DNA of 64,000 nucleotides from Fibrobacteria bacterium (GTDB lineage Bacteria > Fibrobacterota > Fibrobacteria > UBA11236), in NCBI GenBank assembly GCA_041746255.1, contig JBGTHM010000032.1, positions 1 to 64,000 on the forward strand, in the 5' to 3' direction. The translations under genes were made by a program, and so were the position numbers. This document shows positions 31,654-41,664 of this stretch, piece after piece; position 1 is the stretch's first letter, and every line of letters begins with the position of its first letter. The notes beneath the pieces are model-generated. The model saw only the letters and a program-made list of their open reading frames with translations. It searched no databases and was not told where the DNA came from.

Positions 31654-33297
31654 ATGCAAAGTGTGGGTGGCCCCAGTATTCCCCTGAATTATAACCCAGT
31701 CATTACCGTATTCCGAAAATTTTTACTGCATAGCCATGTATGGCTGGTTGGGGCGTATATCCCGATCTTTCTGTATTCCCAAAATCTGGGTCGCTTTTCT
31801 CTCTCCGTGATCTTCAATCCCTTGCTTTGTATTGTTTCCTGCCAATTCGTGCTCTGGCTGGTGGGGGCCTTGATTATGCGTGATCGGGGCAAGGCCGCTA
31901 TTTTTATGACCCTCCAAACTATGGTTTTTTTCGGCTACGGATTCGTTTATGATGGGTTGAGGCAATCTTCCTTGGCACAGACCATCGAATTCCTGGGATG
32001 GAATAACGCACTTTTCCTCGGCTGGCTTCTGGTTTCCATTTTCGTGCTCTATCGCCTTCTCCCATTAAAAGAAACTTCCAGAGGCGTTCATTTTGGGCTG
32101 CATCTCACTGCCCTTGCTCTCCTTGCAGTTCCTTTTTTTCACATTTCTAAGTTTTATTTTTCGGAACGCAGTTGGTCGTCGAAAGGGAGTGATGATGCGA
32201 CGGGACAACAACTTATTGAGATCCTGGGAGTTCGGCCTTCGCAAGGATTACCGGATATTTATCAAATCATATTGGATGCCCATACCCGGTTGGATGTCTT
32301 GCGGGAAGTATATGGTCACGATGCGGAAGATTTCTCACGATATTTGGAGAATGAAGGTTTCCATATAGCGAACAAAGCCTACTCCAATTACAGCTCGACT
32401 CACCTGTCCCTAACCTCCATGCTCAATTTCGAATACCTACAGACTTTGGTTCCGGATTTGAATGAAAATTCCACCGATTTGAATGTCTTAAACGATTTAA
32501 AAGGAAACCCACGTATCGTGCGCATACTTCGGGAATTGGGTTATCGATATATCGCCTTGCAAAATGGGTGGGAAAGGGAGGAGGGCGAGTATGCGGATAC
32601 TTTCATTGGACCCGAACGCTCATTGACTGGGCTTTTTTTGAACGAGTTTGCCAATGGCATTTTGTTCATGACGCCGATTCCCTATATTAATCGGTCCATC
32701 CGGCCGGGCGCTTCGAATAACATGGGTATTGAGCGGGAACGGATTTTGTGGTTTCTCGAATTTATGAAAGAAGTCCATGTGGAAAAAGGTCCGAAGTTTG
32801 TTTTTGCCCATGTCTTATCGCCGCATGTTCCCATTCTGTTCGGGCCGAACGGTGAACCCATCGATGATTTTCCCGAATTCAGCGAATTACGGATTACAAA
32901 TCCTCGAATGGCTGCAGATGGCGTAAGCGGGCAAAGTCATTTTCTGCATACTCATCTAAAGGAAATCATCCATTCCTTGAAAAAAAATACTCAAGGTAAC
33001 GCCATTATCCTTATACATTCCGACCATGGTGAAGCACTCTCTCCCTATGAGGATGGGGTGGAACATGTTTGGCAACAGCATGCGAGCCTACATGCTCTCT
33101 ATCTTCCTCCCGGAATGGACCGCAGCCAGTTTTCCGAGCAACTTACCCTCGTTAATACTTTTAGGATTATATTGAATGCCGGTTTTGGCGCTAAGTTGCC
33201 ATTATTGGAAGATCGGATATTCTACTCAGGAATGAAAAAGCGATTTCTGTTTCAAGACTATACCGATTCACTTGGAGGCCCGGAAAGCCTTAGGTAA
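31654..33297 (+). CDS. Multi-TM alkaline-phosphatase/sulfatase-fold protein (LtaS/EptA-like, Thr nucleophile)
   Basis: About 5 N-terminal TMs; PDIYQIILDAH, YSNYSSTHLSLTSMLN, FVFAHVLSPHVP, IHSDHG; no CxPxR motif. Confidence 0.8.
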   Translation: MQSVGGPSIPLNYNPVITVFRKFLLHSHVWLVGAYIPIFLYSQNLGRFSLSVIFNPLLCIVSCQFVLWLVGALIMRDRGKAAIFMTLQTMVFFGYGFVYDGLRQSSLAQTIEFLGWNNALFLGWLLVSIFVLYRLLPLKETSRGVHFGLHLTALALLAVPFFHISKFYFSERSWSSKGSDDATGQQLIEILGVRPSQGLPDIYQIILDAHTRLDVLREVYGHDAEDFSRYLENEGFHIANKAYSNYSSTHLSLTSMLNFEYLQTLVPDLNENSTDLNVLNDLKGNPRIVRILRELGYRYIALQNGWEREEGEYADTFIGPERSLTGLFLNEFANGILFMTPIPYINRSIRPGASNNMGIERERILWFLEFMKEVHVEKGPKFVFAHVLSPHVPILFGPNGEPIDDFPEFSELRITNPRMAADGVSGQSHFLHTHLKEIIHSLKKNTQGNAIILIHSDHGEALSPYEDGVEHVWQQHASLHALYLPPGMDRSQFSEQLTLVNTFRIILNAGFGAKLPLLEDRIFYSGMKKRFLFQDYTDSLGGPESLR

Positions 33298-34120
33298 ATA
33301 TCGGAAAAATCGCCTTTGGGAACAGGTGACGGGATATCGATTCCTGGAAAGGGTGACTCGACGAGTGGTGGATTATTTTAAATATGAATTAGAATTATGT
33401 GAATCCATAGTCATGCCCTTGTTTTCCCGGTTGAACCTGGATTTGGCAGGAAAATCGGTTTTGGATGCGGGTTGCGGACATGGAGGGGTCATAGCCGGAT
33501 TAAGCTCCGGATTCTCCCTGGGAGAGGCAATCGGGCTGGACCGCGACGAAAAAATGTTGGATAGCGCCCGAAGTCGCCGACTCGATAAAATCGAATGGTT
33601 ACAAGCCGATTTTCTGAGCTACTCGGGAAAAACCTTTGATTTGGTGCTGTTGCGGGATGTTCTGGAACATATCGGTGATGTAAAAGGCGCGCTGCGAAAA
33701 ACTTTCGACCTGCTAAAGCCCGGAGGATCGGCCTATGTGACTTTCGCCCCTTTCTATTCACCCTTTGGCGGCCATCAACACAATGGCGAAGGTTTGGGCG
33801 CCTATTTGCCCTGGGTGCATTTGTTGCCTGAGGGCCTGTTCCGTAGGCTGTTGCGTCTTCCCGGGAACAGTTATAAAACTGGAGACAAGTTACGGGAGGA
33901 TATCGATTCGGTTTTCGCTACCAAACTTTCTTTACGAAGCATGGCCAGAGAATTGCCTAGCCTGCCCTGGGAAGTGGAATACCGCGCTTATTACTTTTCG
34001 CGTCCCGACTACCGGCTGAAATTCGGAATGCCCTCCGTGTGTTTGCCTTCGTGGACTCCCTTACCCTTGGCGGAACTTGCCACCACGGGCGCCGAATTCC
34101 TGCTTCGGAAAAAGGCGTGA
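33272..34120 (+). CDS. Class I SAM-dependent methyltransferase
   Basis: VLDAGCGHGG, GLD, FDLVLLRDVLEHI, LKPGG, PFYSPFGGHQH; start uncertain. Confidence 0.88.
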   Translation: MEARKALGKYRKNRLWEQVTGYRFLERVTRRVVDYFKYELELCESIVMPLFSRLNLDLAGKSVLDAGCGHGGVIAGLSSGFSLGEAIGLDRDEKMLDSARSRRLDKIEWLQADFLSYSGKTFDLVLLRDVLEHIGDVKGALRKTFDLLKPGGSAYVTFAPFYSPFGGHQHNGEGLGAYLPWVHLLPEGLFRRLLRLPGNSYKTGDKLREDIDSVFATKLSLRSMARELPSLPWEVEYRAYYFSRPDYRLKFGMPSVCLPSWTPLPLAELATTGAEFLLRKKA

Positions 34121-34138
34121 GACGAAGGGACCCCAGCT

Positions 34139-34939
34139 ATGATTCCCGCCAACCTCACCATCAACGCCGACGACTTCGGCATCAATTTGAAGGCTTCCCG
34201 GTGGATTTTCCGCTGTATTCAAGAGGGATTGATCAATTCTATTTCGGTCATGCCCTTCCGATGCGACGAGCAGGAGAAACTTCTTAAGGCCATTATATCG
34301 GATTACCCACAGGTAAAGGTGGGCGTCCATTTGTCACTCATCGAAACCGATCCGCTTATAGCTCAGCTCCATCCCGGCCTTCCACCGCGCGACTATCGAG
34401 AGTTCCTGCTACGCTATTTTTCAGGTAAGGTGAACTTGAAATCCGTTTATGCGGAATGGAAAGCCCAGGTGGGTTTTGTCGGGCAATTTCTGGGGGGCGT
34501 CTCCCACTTAAGCCATCTTGATAGCCATCAACATGTGCATGTCTTACCGGGACTCTGGCAAGTCGCTTCCCGGTTGCAAGATGAGTGCGGCATAGCACGT
34601 TTACGAGTACCGTATGAGTCATTACGACGAGGTTTATTCCACCAATTTCCCTTCGGACCGGCTCTACAGGCGCTTGCCTATTTCCGTCGAAGGCATGAGC
34701 CGACGCGATTTATCGGTATTTTCACCAGCATGCGGTTCACTGTCACGGATAACTTGAAGGCCCTGTCTCAGGTTAGGTTAAAACCGGATACCCCCTTTGA
34801 ATTAATGGTGCATCCAGGCCAATCCCCGGAAAGCGGCAATCCGGCAATCCCATCGGATACCAGCTTGAATTTGCAAATGGGCGTGGATCCCGAAATGGAA
34901 GAATTGCGCCAGCTGCACTTTTTCCTTTCACCCCGCTAA
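34139..34939 (+). CDS. ChbG/HpnK (YdjC) family carbohydrate deacetylase
   Basis: INADDFG, VGVHLSL, HLDSHQHVH, ELMVHPG. Confidence 0.92.
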   Translation: MIPANLTINADDFGINLKASRWIFRCIQEGLINSISVMPFRCDEQEKLLKAIISDYPQVKVGVHLSLIETDPLIAQLHPGLPPRDYREFLLRYFSGKVNLKSVYAEWKAQVGFVGQFLGGVSHLSHLDSHQHVHVLPGLWQVASRLQDECGIARLRVPYESLRRGLFHQFPFGPALQALAYFRRRHEPTRFIGIFTSMRFTVTDNLKALSQVRLKPDTPFELMVHPGQSPESGNPAIPSDTSLNLQMGVDPEMEELRQLHFFLSPR

Positions 34940-35020
34940 ATCGTGCAGGTTCGATAGCCCCGGCGGCTGAAATTTCTAGTTTTGGGGTCTATTTGATAAG
35001 CCGTCAACCGAGAGTTTTAT

Positions 35021-36034
35021 ATGCAACTGGACTGGAAAAACCTGGGATTCAAATACCTTCCCACCCATGCTTTCGTGCAAATGGACTTCGCCGAAGGCGA
35101 ATGGGGTGCCCCCGAACTTAAAAAAGACCCCCATATCAGCCTCCATATCGCGGCTAACTGCCTCCACTATGGCCAAGCCTGTTTCGAAGGTTTAAAAGCC
35201 TTTCGGACCAAATCGGGCGAGGTCGCGCTTTTCCGCCCCGATGCCAATGCCCGGCGGCTGGCCCTTTCAGCCGATCGCATTTGCATGCAAAGCCCCTCCG
35301 TAGACCTGTTCGTGGAAGCCTGCCGCCAGGCCGTGCGCGCCAATCTGGATTTCGTTCCTCCCTACGGAACCGGAGCCAGCCTCTACGTACGGCCTCTCCT
35401 CATAGGCACCGAACCCATGGTGGGCATCAACCAATCCTCTACCTATTCCTTCATCGTAATGGTTACGCCGGTGGGCCCTTATTATAAGGACGGCTTTCAT
35501 CCCGTAGACGCCCTGGTGGTGGAGGAATATGACCGTGCCGCGCCCTTGGGCACCGGCATGGCCAAGATGGCGGGCAATTATGCCGCCAGTTTGAAACCGG
35601 GTAAAATCGCCAAGGAGAAAGGTTTTCCCATCGTGCTGTACGCCGATGCCAAAGAGAAAAAATACGTCGACGAATTCGGCACTTCCAATTTTATGGGTAT
35701 CACTTCCGACGGCATTTACAAGACTCCGGATTCGACCTCCATCCTGCAGAGCATCACCAACGAAAGCCTGCAAATACTGGCCCGTGACATGGGTTTGCGG
35801 GTTTCTCGCGAGCCCATCGAATTGGCCAAACTCGATCAATTCTCCGAAGTCGGAGCCTGCGGCACCGCGGCGGTGATTACCCCCATTCATTCGGTGCAGT
35901 TTCGGGAGCGGCGTTTCACCTTCGGAGAAAAAGCCAAAGCCGGAGAGACCTTGACCCGGCTTTATGAACAATTGCAGGCTATTCAATACGGCGACTCCGA
36001 AGATAAGCATGGGTGGCTGGTGATAGTAGCATAA
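35021..36034 (+). CDS. ilvE: Branched-chain amino acid aminotransferase
   Basis: LHYGQACFEGLKA, FRPDAN, PPYGTGASLYVRP, KMAGNYAAS, GTAAVITP. Confidence 0.96.
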   Translation: MQLDWKNLGFKYLPTHAFVQMDFAEGEWGAPELKKDPHISLHIAANCLHYGQACFEGLKAFRTKSGEVALFRPDANARRLALSADRICMQSPSVDLFVEACRQAVRANLDFVPPYGTGASLYVRPLLIGTEPMVGINQSSTYSFIVMVTPVGPYYKDGFHPVDALVVEEYDRAAPLGTGMAKMAGNYAASLKPGKIAKEKGFPIVLYADAKEKKYVDEFGTSNFMGITSDGIYKTPDSTSILQSITNESLQILARDMGLRVSREPIELAKLDQFSEVGACGTAAVITPIHSVQFRERRFTFGEKAKAGETLTRLYEQLQAIQYGDSEDKHGWLVIVA

Positions 36035-36166
36035 CTTTCCTGCAGCTTCTCCGTGACTCGGGTGCCCCCTTACCTTCCTCTCAGTAATTGCTTGACCCGT
36101 TCCCTTTGGTTTCGGTAGGATTAGAAAAAATGGATCCTCACAAGTCGAAGGGAAAAGGGCTAACAA

Positions 36167-37606
36167 GTGCTATTCCATACCCTGGATTTCGCGGTTTTCC
36201 TTCCGACGGTTTTTCTCCTTTATTGGTTCGCTACCCAGGGCGATCGTAAAACCCAAAACGTTTTATTGGTATGTGCGAGTTACATCTTCTACGGATGGTG
36301 GGACTGGCGGTTTTTATCGTTGATGTTACTTAGTACCCTCGTCGACTATTCTGTGGCGCGCGCGCTCTCATCACAAAAAGGCATCATTATAAGGAAAGGT
36401 TTGCTAGGAACAAGCATATTGGTAAACCTGGGTGTCTTGGGGTTATTTAAATATCATGGATTCTTCATAGGGGAATTTTCGCAAGGGTTTTCCTTTATGG
36501 GCCAAGAAATAAAAGCGGGCTCCCTCAATATTATACTTCCCCTGGGCATAAGCTTTTATACACTGCAAACCCTGGGTTATTCTATAGACGTATATCGCAG
36601 GAAGGTTGAACCGGCGAGCGATTTCGTGGCATTTTCCGCTTTCGTGGCGTTTTTTCCTCAGTTAGTAGCGGGTCCGATAGAGCGGGCTAATAACCTACTT
36701 CCGCAATTTTATGGAGAAAGGAGATTCGATAACGGCAAAGCGGTAGACGGGTTAAGGCAAATGCTTTGGGGGCTGTTCAAAAAAGTCGTCATCGCGGATA
36801 ATTGCGCGCCATATGTCAACATGATTTTCGCCAATCCATCCGAATATTCCGGAAGCACACTGGTCATGGGGGCAGTACTTTTCGCGGTACAAATTTACTG
36901 TGATTTTTCGGGTTACTCCGATATAGCCATCGGCACCTCCCGGCTTTTCGGATTCGAGTTGAAAAGAAATTTCGCATTTCCCTATTTTTCCCGGGACATC
37001 GCCGAGTTCTGGAGGAGATGGCATATCTCCCTCTCGACTTGGTTTAGGGACTACCTCTATATCCCGTTAGGAGGAAGTCGAACGGGTAGGTTAACGACCC
37101 TCAGAAATACGTTACTGATTTTCATAGTGAGTGGAGTATGGCATGGAGCAAATTGGACCTTTGTGGCATGGGGCCTATTGCATGCGCTTTTCTTCTTGCC
37201 TTTGGTACTGTTGAATAAAAACCGTGTCCACCTGGGAATCGTCGGGGAAGGAAGATGGTTTCCTACGCTAAGCGACCTGGTGAAAATAGGAGTCACTTTC
37301 GCATTGACGGTAATGGCATGGATATTTTTTAGAGCGGAAAGTATTAACCATGCCCTGAGCTACTTCTCTGGAATTTTTTCGGTCTCGCTTTTCTCCTTCC
37401 CGGATTTCATTCCCAAGACTGTGATACTATTTAGTGTCTTCTTCCTGGCTATTGAGTGGTTGGGGCGGGGGCAACAATACGCCATAGAAATTCTCACAAT
37501 TAATTCCGGAAGACCTATCCGGTGGGGGGTGTACCTTGGCCTGGTTTTGACCATATTTTTCTTCTATCCGAGTAACCCTCAAGAATTCATTTATTTTCAA
37601 TTCTAA
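36167..37606 (+). CDS. MBOAT O-acyltransferase (AlgI/PatA/DltB-like)
   Basis: SYIFYGWWDWRF, LPLGISFYT, FFPQLVAGPIER, YCDFSGYSD, FWRRWHISLSTWFRDYLY, GVWHGA, C-terminal FIYFQF. Confidence 0.95.
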   Translation: MLFHTLDFAVFLPTVFLLYWFATQGDRKTQNVLLVCASYIFYGWWDWRFLSLMLLSTLVDYSVARALSSQKGIIIRKGLLGTSILVNLGVLGLFKYHGFFIGEFSQGFSFMGQEIKAGSLNIILPLGISFYTLQTLGYSIDVYRRKVEPASDFVAFSAFVAFFPQLVAGPIERANNLLPQFYGERRFDNGKAVDGLRQMLWGLFKKVVIADNCAPYVNMIFANPSEYSGSTLVMGAVLFAVQIYCDFSGYSDIAIGTSRLFGFELKRNFAFPYFSRDIAEFWRRWHISLSTWFRDYLYIPLGGSRTGRLTTLRNTLLIFIVSGVWHGANWTFVAWGLLHALFFLPLVLLNKNRVHLGIVGEGRWFPTLSDLVKIGVTFALTVMAWIFFRAESINHALSYFSGIFSVSLFSFPDFIPKTVILFSVFFLAIEWLGRGQQYAIEILTINSGRPIRWGVYLGLVLTIFFFYPSNPQEFIYFQF

Positions 37607-37609
37607 GAA

Positions 37610-38572
37610 ATGAAAATATTCCTGGTAAAAGTCGTATTTTTCGCGTCGGCATCGCTTTTTTTGATCCTGACGATCGGAATTGCGGCTTCCAAAATCGTTG
37701 CATCCCAGGCGATATTCGCCGCCCGCAGCGAAACCAAATACGTTATTTTCGGACATTCGCATCCGGAAGTCGCATTCAATGATGCCTACATTTCCAATTT
37801 TCAAAATTTCTCCAAATCGTCCGAACCCTACATGTATATTCTCCCGAAAGTAAAGAATCTCATCCATCAAAATCCGAATATCGAAGTCGTTTTCATCGAG
37901 TTTACCAATGATCAGATCATGGAAGGCTGGGACCGTCGAATTGGATCCAGTCGGCTGATGAATGAATGGATGCCACTTTACGGCGCTTTTTTGGAAGCGT
38001 CCGACTTATTTTTCTTGTTTCGGGGGAACCCAATTGGTTTGGTTGAGGCATTGACTATTTCCTTCCGGATCCAATTCAAAAAGATGTGGAGCCGCAAATA
38101 TCCTGCTGAAAATATTGGGGGGTATTTTAACCTGGAGAGGGATAATACCGATTCCCTTTTACAGTCTCTTACGGAATCCGGTCATGATGAAATCGAATCG
38201 GGAGATGAGAGGCTTTCGGAATATCATATTCAATGCTTGAAGAGAATTGCCGCTTTTTGCAGGAATAGCCGGAAAAAAGTTTTTTTAGTCCGAAGCCCTC
38301 AGCATCCATCATGGATTAGGCGGAAAAATGAAAGTTTGTTCCAGCAGGTAAGGAAAGAAACTTTCCGAGACCTCGACTTTCTGGATTTCAATGATTTCCC
38401 CATTTCCAATTCGGAATTTGGGGATTTGAGACACCTTAATCATCGAGGTGCCTATAAATTCTCGGTTTGGTTCAACCAACTACTGGAAGATGGGCTATTG
38501 GACAGGGGGAATAAGTCGGATTATATCGAAAAAAAAATCCGTGAAATGGACAGCACCCTTAGTTCCAATTGA
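37610..38572 (+). CDS. Membrane-anchored SGNH-like partner of the MBOAT (AlgJ/DltD-like)
   Basis: N-terminal TM, FGHSH (GxS), FGDLRHLNHRGA (DxxH); immediately downstream of the MBOAT. Confidence 0.75.
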   Translation: MKIFLVKVVFFASASLFLILTIGIAASKIVASQAIFAARSETKYVIFGHSHPEVAFNDAYISNFQNFSKSSEPYMYILPKVKNLIHQNPNIEVVFIEFTNDQIMEGWDRRIGSSRLMNEWMPLYGAFLEASDLFFLFRGNPIGLVEALTISFRIQFKKMWSRKYPAENIGGYFNLERDNTDSLLQSLTESGHDEIESGDERLSEYHIQCLKRIAAFCRNSRKKVFLVRSPQHPSWIRRKNESLFQQVRKETFRDLDFLDFNDFPISNSEFGDLRHLNHRGAYKFSVWFNQLLEDGLLDRGNKSDYIEKKIREMDSTLSSN

Positions 38573-38688
38573 GAAAAATTCCAATTCCTGCTCCAACATT
38601 TACTCAAACCAGCTTGTTTCCGCCCTGCCTTTTAACCGATAATTAGGGGCAATGAAAGAGATAACCCCTGCAACGGGCTCATAACCCC

Positions 38689-39897
38689 ATGCCCGAATTC
38701 GCCTATGATGTTTGCGTAGTCGGAGGTGCGGGCCATATCGGCCTCCCCCTAGCCTTGGCTCTGGCCGACAAAGGCCGGCGGGTGATTGCCCATGACATCG
38801 ACGAAAAAGCCTTCGCACTCATAGGTAGCGGAAAGATGCCCTTCATGGACGCAGGGGCCGAGGAAGTGCTGGCCCGCGTTTTGGGAAAAACCCTCACCTT
38901 AACCACTGATCCTTCCGTAATCAGCCAATCCGAATATGTCATCGTCACCATTGGAACGCCGGTGGATGAACATCTCAACCCCGTCTTTCGCTCCATGAAA
39001 GACTTCGGTGAAAGTTTGGTTCCCTATTTGCACGACGGCCAGGTCGTGATTCTCCGCAGCACACTTTATCCTTCTTCCACGCAACGCATGCGCCAGATCT
39101 GGCAGAAGCACCATCCCGGCTTGGAAGTCTGTTTTTGCCCCGAGCGCATCGCCCAAGGCCATGCTTTGGAAGAACTTCACTCCCTGCCCCAAATTGTGGC
39201 GGGCTTTGAGCGCTGGGCCATCGATAAGGCGGCCAAACTTTTCCGGCTGCTCACTCCCGAAATCGTGGAAGTCAATCCGTTGGAAGCCGAGCTGACCAAA
39301 CTTTTCACCAATTCCTACCGGTACATTCAATTCGCGGCGGCCAATCAATTCTATATGATAGCCGGCGACTACGGCGCCGACTTCAAGGAAATTTACCGTG
39401 CCATGACCCATGAGTATCCGCGCATGCGCGACTTCCCCAAGGCGGGTTTTGCTTCGGGGCCCTGTCTCTTCAAAGACACTATGCAATTGTCGGCCTTCAC
39501 CAATAACCGGTTCTCGCTGGGCCATAACGCCATGCTCATTAACGAAGGCTTACCTCACTTCCTGGTGGAAAGGGCGAAAAACGCCTATCCTCTGGTTGAC
39601 ATGACCACGGGTATTTTGGGCATGGCTTTCAAAGCGGAGTGCGATGACAAGCGCGATTCCCTATCTTATAAGCTCAAAAAAATCCTGGAAATCGAAAGCC
39701 GCGAGGTAATTTGTTCCGATGAATATATCCGGGAAAAAGATTTCGTGAGCGCTGAGGAGTTGGTGGAAAAATGTGATTTGATATTCCTGGGCGCGCCGCA
39801 TAAAAAATATCGGAGTCTTAACTATCAAAGCAAGCCGGTCATGGACGTATGGAATGCGCTCGAACCGGAGCGGAACCAGGGAAAGCGGGTCTTGTGA
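38689..39897 (+). CDS. UDP-glucose/GDP-mannose/UDP-ManNAc family nucleotide-sugar dehydrogenase
   Basis: GGAGHIGLP, TIGTP, LRST, CPERI, AELTKLFTN, GPCLFKD, GMAFK. Confidence 0.93.
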   Translation: MPEFAYDVCVVGGAGHIGLPLALALADKGRRVIAHDIDEKAFALIGSGKMPFMDAGAEEVLARVLGKTLTLTTDPSVISQSEYVIVTIGTPVDEHLNPVFRSMKDFGESLVPYLHDGQVVILRSTLYPSSTQRMRQIWQKHHPGLEVCFCPERIAQGHALEELHSLPQIVAGFERWAIDKAAKLFRLLTPEIVEVNPLEAELTKLFTNSYRYIQFAAANQFYMIAGDYGADFKEIYRAMTHEYPRMRDFPKAGFASGPCLFKDTMQLSAFTNNRFSLGHNAMLINEGLPHFLVERAKNAYPLVDMTTGILGMAFKAECDDKRDSLSYKLKKILEIESREVICSDEYIREKDFVSAEELVEKCDLIFLGAPHKKYRSLNYQSKPVMDVWNALEPERNQGKRVL

Positions 39898-40913
39898 AAG
39901 CATTGGTTACCGGAGCGAAAGGGTTCATCGCGGGGTACCTTATCCAGGACTTGCTCGACCAGGGCTTGGAAGTGGTCGGCCTCGACGACGGATCCAAGTA
40001 CGGTGAAGTGGCGAAAAGCTATGACGATAATCCCCGCTTCCGATTCGTCCGGGGTGACGCCAAAGACGCTTCCCTATTGAAGGAATTGCTCGAAGGTTGC
40101 GATCACTTCGTCGCCGCCGCGGCCATGATTGGCGGCATATCCTATTTCCACGCACTGGCCTACGACCTGCTTTCCGAGAATGAAAGAATCACGGCAGCTT
40201 CTTTCGATGCCGCCATCGCCGCCAATAAAAAAGGTGGTTTGCAAAAAATCACGGTGCTTTCCTCTTCCATGGTATTCGAAAACGCCACGATTTTTCCCAC
40301 TTCCGAAGGGCATCAAAAAGAATGTCCGCCACCGACCTCCACCTATGGCTTTCAAAAATTGGCCACCGAATATTTTGCCCAAGGAGCCTGGACGCAATAC
40401 GGGCTTCCGTATACCATAGTTCGGCCTTTCAATTGCGTCGGGGTGGGTGAGGCGCGGGCGCTTCGCGGCGAAGGCACTCTCTCCGGAAACGTCCAATTGG
40501 CCATGTCTCATGTCGTACCCGACTTGGTGCAAAAGATTTTGAAAGGACAGAATCCCTTACGCTTGCTGGGAGACGGTTCGCAAGTCAGGCATTACACCTA
40601 TGGCGGCGATTTAGCGCGCGGTATCCGTTTGGCGATGCTTTCGGAAGCGGCACGCAACGAAGATTTCAATATTTCCACCCGCCGCTCCACCACCGTATTG
40701 GAGTTGGCGCGAATGATATGGACCAAGATCAACGGGGCGGAACCCTTTCGCTACGAAAGCGACCCTCCCTTCCCGCACGATGTGCAAAGGCGGGTTCCCG
40801 AAGTTTCCAAGGCGGAGCGAGTCCTCAACTTCACCGCCGATACGCCTTTGGAAACCGCGCTCGACGAAATCATTCCCTGGGTGCGCTCCCAGGTGGAGAT
40901 GGGCCGGATTTGA
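39894..40913 (+). CDS. NAD-dependent epimerase/dehydratase (extended SDR)
   Basis: VTGAKGFIAG, SSSMVF, YGFQK, RPFNCVG, GDGSQVR; GTG start overlapping the upstream stop. Confidence 0.92.
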   Translation: MKALVTGAKGFIAGYLIQDLLDQGLEVVGLDDGSKYGEVAKSYDDNPRFRFVRGDAKDASLLKELLEGCDHFVAAAAMIGGISYFHALAYDLLSENERITAASFDAAIAANKKGGLQKITVLSSSMVFENATIFPTSEGHQKECPPPTSTYGFQKLATEYFAQGAWTQYGLPYTIVRPFNCVGVGEARALRGEGTLSGNVQLAMSHVVPDLVQKILKGQNPLRLLGDGSQVRHYTYGGDLARGIRLAMLSEAARNEDFNISTRRSTTVLELARMIWTKINGAEPFRYESDPPFPHDVQRRVPEVSKAERVLNFTADTPLETALDEIIPWVRSQVEMGRI

Positions 40914-41653
40914 ATCACCTGGAGTTGGATATCGTCATCCCCGTGTATAATGAGGGGAAGAATATCTTCGAAACCCTCGAGGGCTTAGCCCGCCATGTCG
41001 GCGGCAAAGCGAGAGTATTGCTGGTGCACGATTCCGAGGAGGACAATACCCTGGCTCCGGCCTTGGCCTTCGCCAACGCCCATCCGGAACTGCCTATCCA
41101 GCCGGTGAAAAACCGGTTTGGGCGCGGGGCGCTCAACGCCATCCGCACGGGTTTCGCGGCTTCTACCTCGGAATATTGCCTGGTCTGTATGGGTGACGCC
41201 TCGGATGACTTCGCGGCGATCAATCCCATGCTGGAAAAAATTCGGAACGGTTATGACCTGGTATGCGGTTCCCGCTACATGAAGGGCGGCCGGCAAATCG
41301 GGGGGCTTTGGTTCAAGGTTTTGCTTTCGCGCACGGCCGGCTTGACCTTGCATTGGTTGGGCGGCCTTCCCACCCATGACGCCACCAATAGTTTCAAGAT
41401 GTACCGCAGCTCCGTGCTGCGCGAAATTTCCATGCAAAGCACCGGCGGATTCGAAATCGGCATGGAATTAACGGTGAAAGCCTATCTTGCGGGCTATCGT
41501 ATCGGCGAAGTGCCGAGTATCTGGAAAGACAGATCGGCGGGAGTGTCCCGGTTCCGCCTCTTCCGCTGGCTACCCAATTACCTGCGGTGGTATTTTCTGG
41601 GATTGACGGGTCGTTTTTCTTCGTGGTATCGCGCGGCTATTAAGCCGGCTTAG
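40910..41653 (+). CDS. GT2 polyprenol-phosphate glycosyltransferase (DPM1/ArnC-like)
   Basis: IVIPVYNE, MGDASDD, GSRYMKGG, HDATNSFK, GFEIGMELTVKA, RSAGVSRF; TTG start overlapping the upstream stop. Confidence 0.9.
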   Translation: MNHLELDIVIPVYNEGKNIFETLEGLARHVGGKARVLLVHDSEEDNTLAPALAFANAHPELPIQPVKNRFGRGALNAIRTGFAASTSEYCLVCMGDASDDFAAINPMLEKIRNGYDLVCGSRYMKGGRQIGGLWFKVLLSRTAGLTLHWLGGLPTHDATNSFKMYRSSVLREISMQSTGGFEIGMELTVKAYLAGYRIGEVPSIWKDRSAGVSRFRLFRWLPNYLRWYFLGLTGRFSSWYRAAIKPA

Positions 41654-41664
41654 GTCCCCCCGCC

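Noticed and set aside
31654..33297. Calling this and 59214-61052 true sulfatases
   Set aside because: Both lack the C/SxPxR formylglycine motif present in 15377-17119 and have Thr at the nucleophile position
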